The translations under genes were made by a program, and so were the position numbers. The notes below the pieces were generated by a model that did no database searches, had not been told where the DNA came from, and saw only the letters and a program-made list of their open reading frames with translations. Shown here in pieces: positions 37,921 to 51,435 of a stretch of DNA of 64,000 nt (within the stretch, counting starts at the first letter, position 1; each line of letters begins with the position of its first letter). The stretch lies in NCBI GenBank assembly GCA_964016885.1, contig OZ024746.1:47244001-47308000 (forward strand), given 5' to 3'. This DNA is from Eledone cirrhosa (lineage: Eukaryota).

Positions 37921-38750
37921 ATGTATGTATGTGTATATAGATGTGTATGTATGTGTATGTGTGTACACATGGACTAGAGTATGTATGTATATATGTGTAT
38001 GTTTATACGTGTGTATATAAAGATAAGTTGAGTATGAAAATGTATACACATGAGCGCGTATGTATGTACATGAATACATGTGTGTATATATATGTGTATG
38101 CATGTGTATATATATATGTAAGTATGAATATGTGAATTGTGAGTATATGTATTTTGTAGAGGTGTGCAAATATATGTGTGTATGAATGCGTGGGTGAAAG
38201 GATAGTACACTTGAAAGAAAAATTTAAGTCTGAATGTTAATTAAGTGCAAACACAAAACCAACCACGCATATCTTTACTATCTCTAATCCTTCTATAGAT
38301 TTAGAAAAATAACCAATAATATATTCTATAAAAAATGTCAAAACAACAGATGGGAATCTAATTACTCACTGCCACCAAGAATTCTCACTGCTATCGAAAA
38401 ACCACTCCTTCAACTATTCTTCTAACAACTTCACCCGTCCCTCCTAATATTCTCTATAAAAACTAAATAGGTCCTCAGTAATATTATTCTGATGAAATGA
38501 CAGTAAATAATAACATTGAAATATTGAATGTCTGCATAACTAAAAGTTTGTAGATAGCAGCTGTTTTAGGTTATGTAACTGTTATAGAAACACGTGTCAA
38601 TTAATTCCTTTCAACTAAACTGTATCCATTCAAATCTTTCTATTTTTCTCCGGATTACTTTTGGAACTACAACTGGAACCGTCGAGCAAACTCTACGTGA
38701 GCTGATAATCTACTGTGTGTAATATTTATATTACAACACAACGGAAAATA

Positions 38751-38752
<2 letters not shown>
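37024..38752 (+). mobile_element. Penelope-like element family 3: inverted 3' segment (37024-37321) joined head-to-head to a 5'-truncated copy
   Basis: 37024-37321 is the reverse complement of 38327-38643; ORF 37307-37576 resembles a PLE GIY-YIG C-terminus (LKW..CKLCNLE..LLNNRIE..CRH); (TA)n at both ends. Confidence 0.8.
38484..38603 (+). ncRNA. Type I hammerhead candidate with a ~90-nt branched stem II (mirror copy at 37064-37183, minus)
   Basis: TTATT-CTGATGA-A-ATGACAGT..ACTGTTAT-A-GAAA-CACGTG-TC-AAT; stem I is TTATT/AATAA in the mirror copy. Confidence 0.65.
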
Positions 38753-38790
<38 letters not shown>

Positions 38791-40579
38791 TAATCTAATG
38801 CAGAAGTAGGCAAATACCCGCAAGATGGGTTATCATACATAGATATTAATATTAAATTATGATTTCAATTTAACTCATCACCATATGTAGTTCTTAGTGC
38901 AATCTTATATACTCTTACATATGAGATCACGTTATATTAAAGATACTTCAATATCATATATTCTGTAAATATAAAATAAAGATATGTTGTAAAATATATC
39001 GAGAAACGAGAAGTAAATGTATATATATAGGTAGATAGGTAGGTAGGTAGATAGGTAAGTAGGTAGGTAGGTAGGTAGGTAGGTAGGTAGGTAGGTAGGT
39101 AAGTAAGTAAGTAAGTAAGTACGTATGTATATATGAGTATATTAACAAAAGAAATCGATAACTATATCAATGTACAAATATGCAACGAAATGTGTCAATC
39201 AGAAATTCGCAATATGTTTCAGAACATATAAGAAAGACGGAAGATAAACTTTTAACCTGTATTCTATTTCATGAATATCATTTTGCCAAATGAGTAAAGG
39301 GCATTGCACGGGACTTTCTGTGTCTTTCATGATTGTTGAAAATTATAAGAAGATGCAGCTGATACATAGCTGAAACTTATGATCTTTGAGGTATCTAATG
39401 AAATGTATGCAGTAGACCGGATGGGGATTTATGATGTCATTGAAGAATCCCCTACATCTTTGCTCAATGTTTACGCAGTCCTTCTGTGTGCTAGAAATAC
39501 TAGTTAATTTCTTCCATTAACTGTCCTACAGACTAAAGACAAGGATGATAAAATTACATGATATCCTAGGTATGAAATAAAGATCGGAGAGTCATGGCTT
39601 GGATGTGTAATCATAGATCCACATTTTAAAGTCTTTGGTTGTGTGATAGACATATTAGAGTTGATAGGAAAAATGAGTCGTATGTACAATTCGTCGTGTA
39701 CCAAATATTTTCACTCTGATGTAATTGTTACGATTGTCAAATCACATATACAAGTAAAATCATATAGGTATACACTTGAAAAGACAGTAAAATAGAAACA
39801 GTAGTATTTGTCACTACGACACAACGAGAAAATGTGCGAGTGTCGACGTAGTCTCTCACTCTGTCAAAAATCTCCACTTGTGTTGGCCATGTACTATGTT
39901 TTTCATAGTCAGGTTTTAGCCATCGGCACAGTGCCAAGAAAAGTTAAGAAAGTAATTTGAATAGTTGTGTAAACAACCAATTTTTACTGTGATCGTGCTT
40001 TGAATCTTCAGCAATTTCAAAAATATTACAAACAAATTGGACCAGAATAGCGTGTCTTAATTCATCAGAAAACTCGGTGTTTTCAGCATTTTGTTGAATA
40101 TTTAATGAATTGTCGGGACAAAATTCTTGAATTCATCAAACATTATCAATTTCCTCTTGTAAATAACTTAGATGATGTACATTTTATTGTATGCTTGGAA
40201 TCTTTCGCCGATATTTTAGTCTCGTGAACGATTTAAACATGTCGATGAAGGAAAAGTGTGGAAATTATTCATGAAAGGTGATAGGCTATAGCATGTATTC
40301 TGATCTTATTCTATTTACACCATCTGACCGAAAAGGAGACAGAGCGGAGCAACAATAATCATTAAGAAGATCACAGGATGTGTGCCGAAAGAGCTTTGAC
40401 AATTAGGAATTGAACAACCACCCGTTTCCTATTCAATTAATAAGCTAAATTGTAATCTAAATTATGCGTATGTGTTTATTGCCATCATGATCCTCCAAAA
40501 GTAAACAATATCTGGTTTAACGCGCGATTCACAACAAGAAGCTTGCAAAACAAATAAATAAACGAAGTATTTATCCAAA

Positions 40580-40760
40580 ATAGTTGACGCACGCGTATCG
40601 TTTCTCGTTGTTTCCGTCCTTTCCTCTTCTCACTCTTTATTTTTCAATTTCAGATTTTATATCTTTTTCTATCTTCTGATGAAGTACTTATATCCGAAAC
40701 GTTATGACTCTTTTCCTATTATTTCAAGTGTAAAACTAATATATGTATTCATTGTACTGT
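40580..40760 (+). mobile_element. Short repeat with a degenerate minimal HHR (CTGATGA..GAAACGTTA)
   Basis: Core motifs at ~40676-40704 but stem II does not pair; related to 13021-13210. Confidence 0.45.
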
Positions 40761-40873
40761 GTCGTTTCTTTTGGTATGTTTTCACACACACACACGCGCG
40801 CACGTATATGCGTGAGCATCGAGTGCTCAACCGGCATACCGCCTACGGACGCATTTTTCATGCAACCATACAG

Positions 40874-40934
<61 letters not shown>

Positions 40935-40935
<1 letters not shown>

Positions 40936-41255
40936 TAGCTGAACCGGCGTTTCCCGGGTTACTGCTGTTCTTATTTAGATTAATAAACAATAAATATGGA
41001 AATTTAGAAATGAAAATCTGTCAATCTTGAAGCACCTCAGGGTAAAAAATATTCATTGTGTAATTTTTTGTTGGTGTCCAAATGAATAAATTGTTACTGC
41101 TTCCAACTAGTGAGCAGCCAGCATAGAGTTGACCGTGGGAGAAACATGTAGCAGAGAGATGAAGTCCAACTAAGTTGAGGAATGACCCTAAGATTTTTTA
41201 ATTGAAATAACAAAACTTAGTTTGACTGGTAAATGAAGTCTCTTAAATTCAACCT
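40935..41255 (-). mobile_element. Non-autonomous Helitron 3' end with a helicase remnant
   Basis: Minus strand reads FKRLHLPVKLSFVISIKKS*G and VGLHL..CFSHGQLYAGCS (Pif1-like motifs); 3' hairpin followed by CTAG|T; 5' end not located. Confidence 0.8.
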
Positions 41256-41647
41256 CACATACACTCACACATATATACTTGTCAGTCATTTCATATGTAT
41301 ATGTATGTGTAGATGTGTGTGTGTTTAATTATTTGTGTATCTGATTAAATATTTAGGTGAAGATGTATGTGTATGTACTTTACTAAGACCTAACGCAAAA
41401 CACACACACTCACAGACACATACACACTCATATACAAAGTGTGACGTCGTCGTTGTGTTATAAAATGTCGTTTACTTATAGTCTATAGTAGAATATTTTA
41501 GTTAAAATGTTATATTTTTTAATCCAAATGAAAATTAAAATTACATTTTCGCGGGCCCTAATACTATTACCTTATAAAATTTGATTTGATTTGGTCGAGC
41601 CGTTTGAGAATGCATAAGGATAAGATAGACAGACAGAGAGACAAAGA

Positions 41648-41714
<67 letters not shown>

Positions 41715-41715
<1 letters not shown>

Positions 41716-41896
41716 CTTTCACCGTATTTTTAACTAAAGGAATTTTAGCTTGATAACGGGGTTTAGAACCCTCAGATAAATGGAAAAAGATGAGTATTGA
41801 CGTACATACGTCAATACTCATCTTTTCCCATTTATCTGAGGGTTCTAAACCCCGTTATCAAGCTAAAATTCAGTTAGTTAAAAATACGGTGAAAGC
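41715..41896. repeat. Near-perfect palindrome (90-bp arms, 2-nt spacer) in a (TA)n tract
   Basis: GCTTTCACCGTA..TGACGTA-CA-TACGTCA..TACGGTGAAAGC. Confidence 0.92.
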
Positions 41897-41950
41897 TATA
41901 TATTTTCTAATTTCAAACTCGCTCACTGTTTCAAAACATACTTACTTGCC

Positions 41951-41993
<43 letters not shown>

Positions 41994-44900
41994 AGCTCAC
42001 TCACACATACACTTGCACTCTCACACCACATTTCTCATGCTCTTAACTTGATTTTTTCTCACTCGAATACTTCACTTCTCTTCATCACCCACATACTCAT
42101 ATCTACAATCATTCAATCACGCCTGGCACACAGTGTCCAACAACATTTAGTTTTACTCATCATAAACACACATTAGAACTCAATCTTGCTCATATACTTC
42201 TTTATTCGTTCACACACAAAGGTTCACACATGGGTTACATACTGTATTTCCGTTTCCTACCTTTCCTTACATTTGTCACATGCACATAAACCTAATTCAC
42301 ACATATTTAACTTTTCCTCCCACGTTTGTCACGCTTATTTTTCTTACTACTCTTTATGCAAAAGCAAATGCTTTACACCACTTTTGTGTCTTTCATTCAA
42401 TGATTTGAACTGATATCGTGTTGTTGTTGTTTTTCTTTGTATTTTTCTGTTTTTTTCAAAGAAGCATTGTCCGAAATCTTGACGTATTTTCTTTCTATTT
42501 CCCAAACAGGAAAATCTGCTTTTATTTTGCATTTGATTTTGGCTTCGATATTACACGTATCCTATTTTGATATTTATTATATTTGGATATCATATGCCAT
42601 GCTGAGGGGCCCTTCCCAGAATACTACTGCATCTATGGTTATTTTTTTTTATTTTTTAATCCACCTACCTGTGATATGTTAGGGAGGAAACAAATTGCAG
42701 CTTCCATTGTAACAGCATTCTTTTGATGAGGTGCTGATTTAATATCTTCCTGGCTGTAACGCTAGCTAAACGAATTTTGCTTTCAACCACTTAACGCTAC
42801 CCCATCTGGAGTAAGAGCAAATATTTCAGAAGCATTATGATTCTGTAAAGATCACAGTTTTATCAAATCAAATTTGAAAGTCGCTCACATAAATTCCCAA
42901 TTGAAACTTTCTATATTACGCGTGAATATTTCTTCCATAATTTACCAATTTCTCACTGAAATCTATTTCATAAAGATTTAATGCACTGTTTCTTTTTCTA
43001 TCAACATCGTTCTAGAAAAGAAAGCATTGTGAAGGCTGTGTAGACAAGATATCTAAACACGATATCTAAAAGTGTTGAAATATATGCAAATATTAGATAC
43101 GACATATTATTTTACGCTGAAGCAAATGATGAAATGACAGAAGCATTGGCGAAAGAAATAAAATTCCTGATGGCATTTGTTCTGATTCTTTGCACTCTAA
43201 ATTCAAATCCTACCAAGATTAACTTTCATCATTGCAGGAATTGATTCTTCTCTTTCTCTCTTTCTCTCAAAATCGGCGCTACTTCACACTGTAAGAAGGG
43301 TCTTGGTGAATCCTGCACATGAATAGAGAAGTGTTGATTTACAACCCATTTCAATTGCCAAAAGTCACAGCTCATATGCTCTGTCCACTACACTATAACT
43401 CTTGCACATGTCAACCAATTAAAAGCCTCTAACTGAATACATTGGAAATGTAATATAACTAACACGAACAGTGTATTGTAAAGCTGTTCTTTTGGTGTAA
43501 TCATTACACTCTAAGGTTTATTTCACATGACTCTGGATCCATCATTCCAAATTCAAATCTAGTTTACATTTCCTGTTTTATGTTGATTTCCTATAGATTA
43601 GCGTAGATATTTCTATAACTCCGAGTGAGTGAGGAGTTACGAAACTCCTGCCCTACCTAAAGTCATTAATTCCTTAAGTGGAGCCATGTCACTAATTTCC
43701 ATGTAACTAATCGTAAAACGTACCTAGTTTGCATCAACTAAAGTAAGACAATGTACAAGATTCAATGTCTGGTGGGATCCTGAGCAATTCAGTATATAGT
43801 AAATTTTACACCGATAGTAAGACATTATAATTTAGGAAAAGTTAAAACTAGGAACCTTCGTTTTGTTTTCAAACTTATTGGTAGAAGACTCTTAAATGTC
43901 TCAACGTACAAGCCCGCTCATCCCAAACGTTAATTTATATCTCATCTCTAAATGCATAATTGAAGTAATTAATATTTCTTCCCGAAGTATATTAGTGATA
44001 ACTTTGTTCTTAGTTTTTTTATGCAATTTGGATATTTTTAAAAATTCATTTTTTCAAGTTATCATACCACTCACTATTTATTCCCGAAAACTCTATATAT
44101 TCTTTAATCATTTTAATAACTGGAAACACTTTGGAACTGTGGTTTTCTGATGAGTTTTAGATATATCGGAACGTGTCTCACCATTGGCACCATACAACAC
44201 ATTCCCCTCTGCATACAATATTTAATTAATTTAAATTAATTTAATTTGGGGGCTGTTTTCACTACTATTCATGACGCAAATCAGTAATTAATATATTGAT
44301 ATTTTATCATCAATGTAATTTTCATCGTAGATGATAGATCTCACTTTACTATTAAGTTATTCCATTTGTCGAAACTGGCCGACAATAGTTTTCTCTATCC
44401 AACTATTCTCTTCTTTATTATAATGTTAAGATTGACGCTCATACATGATTTCAGTTGTAGCATGTGGCATGTCACTATACATTGTTTTCTTTGGTTGCCA
44501 TCAGAAAGATATGAACATCAAAAATTAATATTTCGACGTAAGCAATTATTTTACAAGTAACCAACGTTATCTTGAAATGAAGAATATTATATGAATCTTT
44601 AATAGTGATGCACAACGTAAATGCTCAACGAAAACCTTTGGAACAATAAACTTTTAAGAAAGCAATAAAGATATCACAATATTTTTGAATGTCTTAACAA
44701 AGGAAATATACCAATGTAACAATGGCAACAATTTCAATTTAAGATAGAATTAGGGCGGAGTTTTCTCATTGTAAAATCACCAATTTGCATTTGTCTCCAT
44801 ATGAAAAGAATTTTAATAGAACTAAGAAATATAAAATGAATATATTTGTAATAATCTCTTTCACAGAATTATTCTGAGTGAATCAAAAATGTCCAATTTA

Positions 44901-45129
44901 CTTTGTTGATATTTTTATATGAATTGTGTTAAAATATGAAAATAAATTGTTTAGATTTAACCGTAACTTAAACTCAGATTTTTAGCATTTCCATAGCAGA
45001 AACTACTTGTGGGAGTGTCTCATTTAGCAATAATTACTTTTGCATGCAAATAAATAACCTCTACCGTTTGGTCAGTGTTAATAGAATGCACATAAGTACA
45101 GTATGTGTTCATTATTAAATTCGGGACAA

Positions 45130-45342
45130 TAGATTAGCAGTATTGGGAGAACCCCGGACACACTGCCTTGCAGCAAAAAGTTATGGCCCTTTGCGTTCTG
45201 AATTCAAATCCCGTCGAGGTTAGCTTTGCCGTTCATTCTTACGAGGTCGATAAAATAAAGCACCAGTAATGCACTGGGGTTAGATTTAATCGGCTTTCTC
45301 CTCCCCTTCAAATTGCTGGCCTTGTGACTAAAGTAGAAACAA
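45130..45342 (+). mobile_element. tRNA-derived SINE (long-tail variant)
   Basis: Family consensus; TSD ATTATTAAATTCGG. Confidence 0.8.
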
Positions 45343-45746
45343 TTATTAAATTCGGCAATTTGGTCAAAGAATTAAAGGAATTGATTTCCTGTGTGAAGTG
45401 ACAAAATCTTACGTTTCATATACCTGCCCTTTTCAGAGGGAGAGAAACCGATAAAGAGAGAGAGAGCGGGGGGGGGGAGAAATGATGTCATGAGTCTTGG
45501 ATAATAACAGAAAGAATACGATTGCGAATACAAGCGGCCGAAATGGGATTCCTCCAAAGGGTTTTGGAGTAACGTTACTCGATAGAGTGCATAGCTCAGA
45601 GATCAGAGTGCCATTCCAGTTAGAGCCGCTACTTCTCTGAATTGAGATATCACAGCTCCGATATTATGGATATGGTTAGACCTGCTTGATGGCGTGTTTG
45701 GGGACTCTGTCCCCACAAACCTCTCGGGAAGAAAAAGAAGAAGAAG

Positions 45747-45777
<31 letters not shown>

Positions 45778-47544
45778 CACCTTGGTCTCGAGATTACGAA
45801 TGATTAAGGTAGGGTCACAAATCTTTTATGTATTGTTTCTCGGATGATAGGCAAGTGTCCGAAACTCTAACGCGTATCGTTGGCTGATACAGCTTTTATG
45901 GTAACAAAGCAATGAAAAATGTATCTGGAACCTTCATTTTCATTAGTATTAATAATGTTAACATTGGTTCCAACAACACATCGCAATTGATGTCATAACC
46001 TATTTTGCTAGAAACGACATCGTAAACATTGCAAAAGATACGCCTATTATATAATCACATGAAATATCCATTCGAAATATTAATTGGAGTACAAGAGAAG
46101 CAACTCCGTTGTGTAGAAGCAGCAGCTGTCGCACAGAATAAAGCAGAGCCAGTTAAGATATCATCAGTATGTTTTCTTCTCAGTTAATAGCCAAATAACA
46201 TAAAATTTATTGAGATTTTAACAAGATAAAACAAGGTATTTGCTATCACCTCATCTTAGCTATACAGAAACAACAGCTTTCGTGCAAGTTTTACAGAATT
46301 AAAGCAATGAGTATCCACAGAATTTTGCTGGAATTTAGCCAGTCACACTTGGCACGTATTTATCTAAATGCAGCAGTATACTATTTCTGAAAGTTCCTGA
46401 CAAATTATGTATCTTCTGTACTGATTCCATAACAAGCGTTTCTCTGTAAACAATATATTCCTTAGTGAGTTTACTCTTCTGAACAAATTTAATTTCTTTT
46501 TCCTTACAAATTAAACTCGAAGCACATGAGCCTTCAGAATGATATTGTTGTTGTGACATCGATTCCCTGGCGGTAGAAATACGCCATTCATGGAGACTAG
46601 TACAGAATAAAATAATATATATTGTTTCTTCATTTTGGCGTCTGTCACTATATTTGGCTCGAGGAAATCCATCATAAAACTACTACAAACTTATAAAAAC
46701 CTCTCCTATACTTTCGCGTTTAGACAATTTGTTGCTGATGTATACCATAACCAGTTTTCCTAATTTCATTTTATGCAATTTGATTTTGCGTTGTTTGTTA
46801 TGTATGTATGTATGCGTGTGTGTGTTTCATTATTTCCTGATCTGGTTATAAATCTCGTAGTAAAGTTTGACAATAGAATTTCAAATTTCAAACGCAAATC
46901 TAGTTCTTAGTGTTATCTTGTGCATCACTTTTTAATACAAATGCTCACATATTTTACAGAGGCGATGACTTTGAAATGTGTAGCCACAATTCAATTCATC
47001 ACCGGTGGAGAATAGCTATAGTTTGTAGGCAGTCGGTCAAATGATTAAGACAAGTAACTGTTCATTCATGGTAAATTTTACAGTGTAAAAAGTTTGTAAC
47101 TGGAGATGCACAACTCATATACTTAGAATTCAAAGTGTCCGGCTCGCGATTGTAAGTTCGTGAGTTCGATTCCTGGCAACACGTTATGTCCGTAAACAAG
47201 ACAGTTTATTTTACGTTGCTAAGCTTGGGAAAATAAGTTGTACATGAAATTCAAAGGGTCGGTCTTGTTACACCATGCCATGCTGAATTCTCTTAAAAAT
47301 TGTGTTAGGGATACACATATTTTTGGAATTTATTTTCACGTTATTTCTCGAGCTGGATTCCTATTGATCAAACAAACAATTGGAACACTCACCGCTGGAA
47401 CGGACGGCGATCTAAAAATATTTTTACGTATAGTTAAAATAAATCGACCAATGTTTTACTTAAAGACATTTTTGAACGAACAAAACACGTGATTTTTAGA
47501 AATACTAATACTTAACTAACATGTATAACTTGTATTTAATAATT

Positions 47545-47630
47545 AGATTCTACCAAGATTCGAACTCAAATAACTGGATTCAGAGTCCAACTGGTTCTGT
47601 GGTGTAATGGTTAGCATGTTGAACTCTGAA
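47545..47630. pseudogene. Rearranged tRNA-Gln(CTG): minus-strand 3' half abutting a plus-strand 5' half
   Basis: 47545-47589 is the reverse complement of anticodon arm to 3' end; 47593-47630 is the 5' end to the anticodon loop. Confidence 0.65.
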
Positions 47631-48721
47631 ACTGTCCTGAGTCACCTGAAAGCTTGTGAGGCGAATTGCGTTAACTAATAGTGTTTAGACGTTCGCCGAA
47701 TGTCAATCACCAATAATTAAAAACGTTAGGTATATACTTGTCCATGGTGTTAATTTAATATGTAGGTTGAACAATTGATTGAACAATCTAATATGTATGA
47801 TCGAAATAGATGAAGGATTCATAACAGCGTACTTAGACGAACGCATTTTATGAGATAATTAGAATGTAAAGAATCATACAATTGCACATCTGAATAATAT
47901 TCTATATTGCTAATAATGATTTTCTTCATAGTAACGTCTTCACATACCATTTCCTCTTTGTTCCGATTCAAAATAAAGCAATATCTTTATTATATACATA
48001 GTAAAAGTTGGCCATAATTTTAATGAAATTATCTGTGAAAACATTCTTGCAAATTAGAGAAGTAATTTTGATGAAATAAATAATGGTTTTCGTTATAGGA
48101 ATGATATTGTCAGGATTTGAAATCGGGTTGATAGTCATTACACAAACACAGACACATACACCAGCATGTTTCAGTAAATTTATTTCTACTCCGACTATCA
48201 TAATTATGAGAGAAATTGTGAGATATCAGCATTATATACAAAGCTATTATTTGGATACAAAGAAGTCTTAAACATTTAATAGATGGTTCTAGAATAGATA
48301 AGTAATATTCATATGAGATAAAATTGTTGTAGAAGAATGATTGTTGACAGTCAGATATGTTATTTTATGCAGTGAATGTTTACTATTCGTTGATTCATAC
48401 CTACCATTAACCTCAGCATAGCTAAATGTGTGTTTAAGTATCCGATCAATAGTTATAGTACTAACAATACTAATCTCAGAAATACTAGCAGGCAATTTTG
48501 CAGCTGTTATTTAAATATTTAATATAAATAGTAGTAAGGTGATTTTTCAATCTGTGGGAGGTAACGTTTCTTTTGTGTGCGTGGAACTGATATCAAGTAA
48601 AATAGTTTCAAAATATGCATTTAGTTATGGCACCAAATTCAATATGAATATGTGAAATAAAATATATGATATAACGATGCGTGATACGTTCTCTCCAGAA
48701 GAACTATACTTTCACTTAATA

Positions 48722-48910
48722 TAATTGTTTCGACTTTTGGTACAAAGCCAGCAATTACCCAGTGCATTACTGGTACTATATTTTATCGACTCCGTAAGGA
48801 TGAAGGACAAAGTTAACCGCGGCGGGATTCGAACTCAGAATGGCAAGGGCCGTAACTCTATGCGTCAAAGCATGGCGTCCGACCCTCTACCGATACTGCC
48901 AATCCACCGC
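48722..48910 (-). mobile_element. tRNA-derived SINE
   Basis: Full reverse complement of the consensus; TSD TTCACTTAATATAATTG. Confidence 0.85.
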
Positions 48911-49125
48911 ACATTCACTTAATATAATTGTTTCTACGTTTGTGTTTCATTTTCTGTGTTTGTCCGCGTCTGTGTTTTTGAGTTCGTGCTTTTAACTTTT
49001 TGTAATACACTTGCGAGATCAAAATGAGAAGAATAAAGTGAACAAATGTGTGATTTGTGTATAAATGATCCCTTGTCATATTTTTAAAAAGTAAAATTAA
49101 AATGGTATAAAAACTAATACAAATC

Positions 49126-49197
49126 AGGTTCTACCGAGACTTGAACTCGGATCGCTGGATTCAGAGTCCAGAGGGCTAACCATTACACCATAGAACC
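49126..49197 (-). tRNA. trnQ-CTG: tRNA-Gln(CTG), one D-stem mismatch
   Basis: Full-length cloverleaf; GCAC changed to GCCC in the D stem. Confidence 0.75.
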
Positions 49198-49516
49198 TTG
49201 CTTGCTGATTTGACAAATTATTGAGATTTTTATTTTGATAAAAAGGTATAACGGGTTCAGTGATGTTGACGTATATAAAGTATCCATGTCAGGTATGTGT
49301 GTATGTTCGTATGTGTGTGTGGTGTGTGCGTATGTTTGTACGTATGTGTGTGTGTGTCATTTTCTGTGTTATTGTTTCTGCTTTTAACTTTGGGTAACCT
49401 ATTGGTGTGATCGATATGTGGAGAATAATGTGAACAAGAATGTGTGTAAATGATTTCTTGTCATACGTTGTAAAAAATCGTAAAATTAAAATCGTAATCC
49501 AAAGATACATCAAATC

Positions 49517-50128
49517 AGGTTTCACCGAGATTTGAGCTCGGATCGTTGGATTCAAAGTCCAGAGTGCTAACCATTACACCATAGAACCCTACTTATGGAA
49601 TCTCTTCATTAGTCTGATTTATATTTTGGCAACAATTGTATAGTAGTTACAATGATATCGACATATATTTCTGTATTCATGCGTGTTTGAATTCGTGCTT
49701 TTAATTTTTGCTAATATACTTGTGTGATCCAAATGAGAAGAATAAAGTGAACAAATGTGTGATTTGTGTGTAAATGATCCCTTTTAAAAAATCGTAAAAT
49801 TAAAATGTTATAAAAACTAACACCAAATCAGGTTCTACCGAGACGCGAACTCGGATCATTGGATTCAGAGTGCTAACCATTACACCCCAAAACCTTCCAT
49901 ACTGAATCGACAAATTATTGAGATTTTTATTTTGATAAAAACCTGCTTTTAACTTTGGGTAACATATTTCGAAATGTGGAGAATAATGTGAACAAGAATG
50001 TGTGATTTGTTATCATACTTTGTAAAGAATCGCAAAATTACAATGTTAATCAAAAGAGGTTCTACCCAGACTTGCACTCAGATCGCTGGATTCAAAGTGC
50101 AGAGTGCTAACCATCACACCATAGAACC
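49517..50128 (-). pseudogene. Three decayed tRNA-Gln copies (49517-49588, 49830-49894, 50057-50128)
   Basis: T-loop and acceptor mutations; a 7-nt anticodon-arm deletion in the middle copy. Confidence 0.75.
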
Positions 50129-50269
50129 TTACTTACGAAGTTCATTCATATATTTTGGCAAACATTGTAAAGTATTATATGAATAAAATGTGAACAAATT
50201 TGTTTCTTGTGTTTGTCTGCAAAAGATTTCTTGTCATACCTTAAAAATTATGAAGAAATACCACACGTC

Positions 50270-50341
50270 AGGTTCTACCGAGACTTGAACTCGGATCGCC
50301 GGATTCAGAGTCCAGAGTGCTAACCATTACACCATAGAACC
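50270..50341 (-). tRNA. trnQ-CTG: tRNA-Gln(CTG)
   Basis: Intact cloverleaf with one G-U pair in the anticodon stem. Confidence 0.88.
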
Positions 50342-50499
50342 TTTGTTGGAATATCGACTTCTTATTGTGATTTATATTTAGACAAAATTGTATAGTAGAT
50401 GTAACGATATTGACGTGTATCTGTATGTGTGTGTGAGTAAAAAGTATATTGCAATTCTAAAAAGAAAGGAAAAGAACACATAAAATTAAACAACGAATA

Positions 50500-50571
50500 T
50501 GGTGCTTCGAAGATTTGACCTCACATTTATACTTACAAAGTCCAGACTTCTAACAATTGCACCACAGAACA
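50500..50571 (-). pseudogene. Highly decayed tRNA-Gln
   Basis: CAAAGTCCAGA..CTAAC..CACCACAGAAC remains alignable. Confidence 0.5.
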
Positions 50572-50709
50572 AAGCTTAAACGAGGCACATTATTTTGATT
50601 AATATTTAAATAAACATTTCCGACATAGTGATATGGTTATATATGTAGCTATATATATGCTATGTAATATGTAGACATAATGAGAAGTATGATGTCAATA
50701 TAATGTGAA

Positions 50710-51260
50710 AATAATTGTTTCTACTTTAGGCACAAGGCCAGCAATTACCCAGTGCATTACTGGTACTTTATTTTATCGACCCCGTAAGGATGAAAGGCAA
50801 AGTCAACCTCGGCGGGATTTGTAATATGTAGACATAATGAGAAGTATGATGTCAATATAATGTGAAAATAATTGTTTCTACTTTAGGCACAAGGCCAATC
50901 ATTTGAAGGGGGAGTCGATTAAAACGACGCTAGTGCATACTGGTGTTTTTTTTATCGACCCCGTAAGGATGAAGGGCAAAGCTAACCTCGGCGGGATTTC
51001 AACTCAGAACGTAAAGGGCCATAACTCTATGCATCAAAGTATGGTGTCTAACGCTCTATAATGTGAAAATAATTGTTTCTACTTTTGGCACAAGGCCAGC
51101 AATTACCTAATGCATTACTGGTACTTTATTTTAACGACCCCGTAAGGATGAAAAGCAAAGCTAACCTCGGCGAGATTTGAACTCAGAATGGAAAGGGCCG
51201 TAACTCTATGCATTAAAGCATGACATTCGACCCTCTGCCGATACTGCCAATCCACCGCGC
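50710..51260 (-). mobile_element. Three SINE copies stacked at one site
   Basis: Copies at ~50712-50820, 50869-51057 and 51069-51260, separated by repeated AATGTGAAAATAAT. Confidence 0.85.
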
Positions 51261-51362
51261 AATGTGAAAATAATGTGAGCAAATGTGTGTGTAAATGACC
51301 TGTTATCATACTTAAAAAAACCTCCTAAAAATTAATAAATTAAACAAAACATTTCTCAAATC

Positions 51363-51435
51363 AGGTTCTACCGAGAGTCAAACTTGGATCGCTGGATGCA
51401 AAAGTTTAAAGTACCAACCATTACAACATAGGACC
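51363..51435 (-). pseudogene. Decayed tRNA-Gln
   Basis: AGGTTCTACCGAGA..GATCGCTGGAT..ACCATTACA with multiple lesions. Confidence 0.7.

Noticed and set aside
39270-39940. Possible decayed Harbinger-like transposase on the minus strand
   Set aside because: Only vague motif resemblance (WPT, FIS) across broken frames; unsupported without a TBLASTN or HMM search
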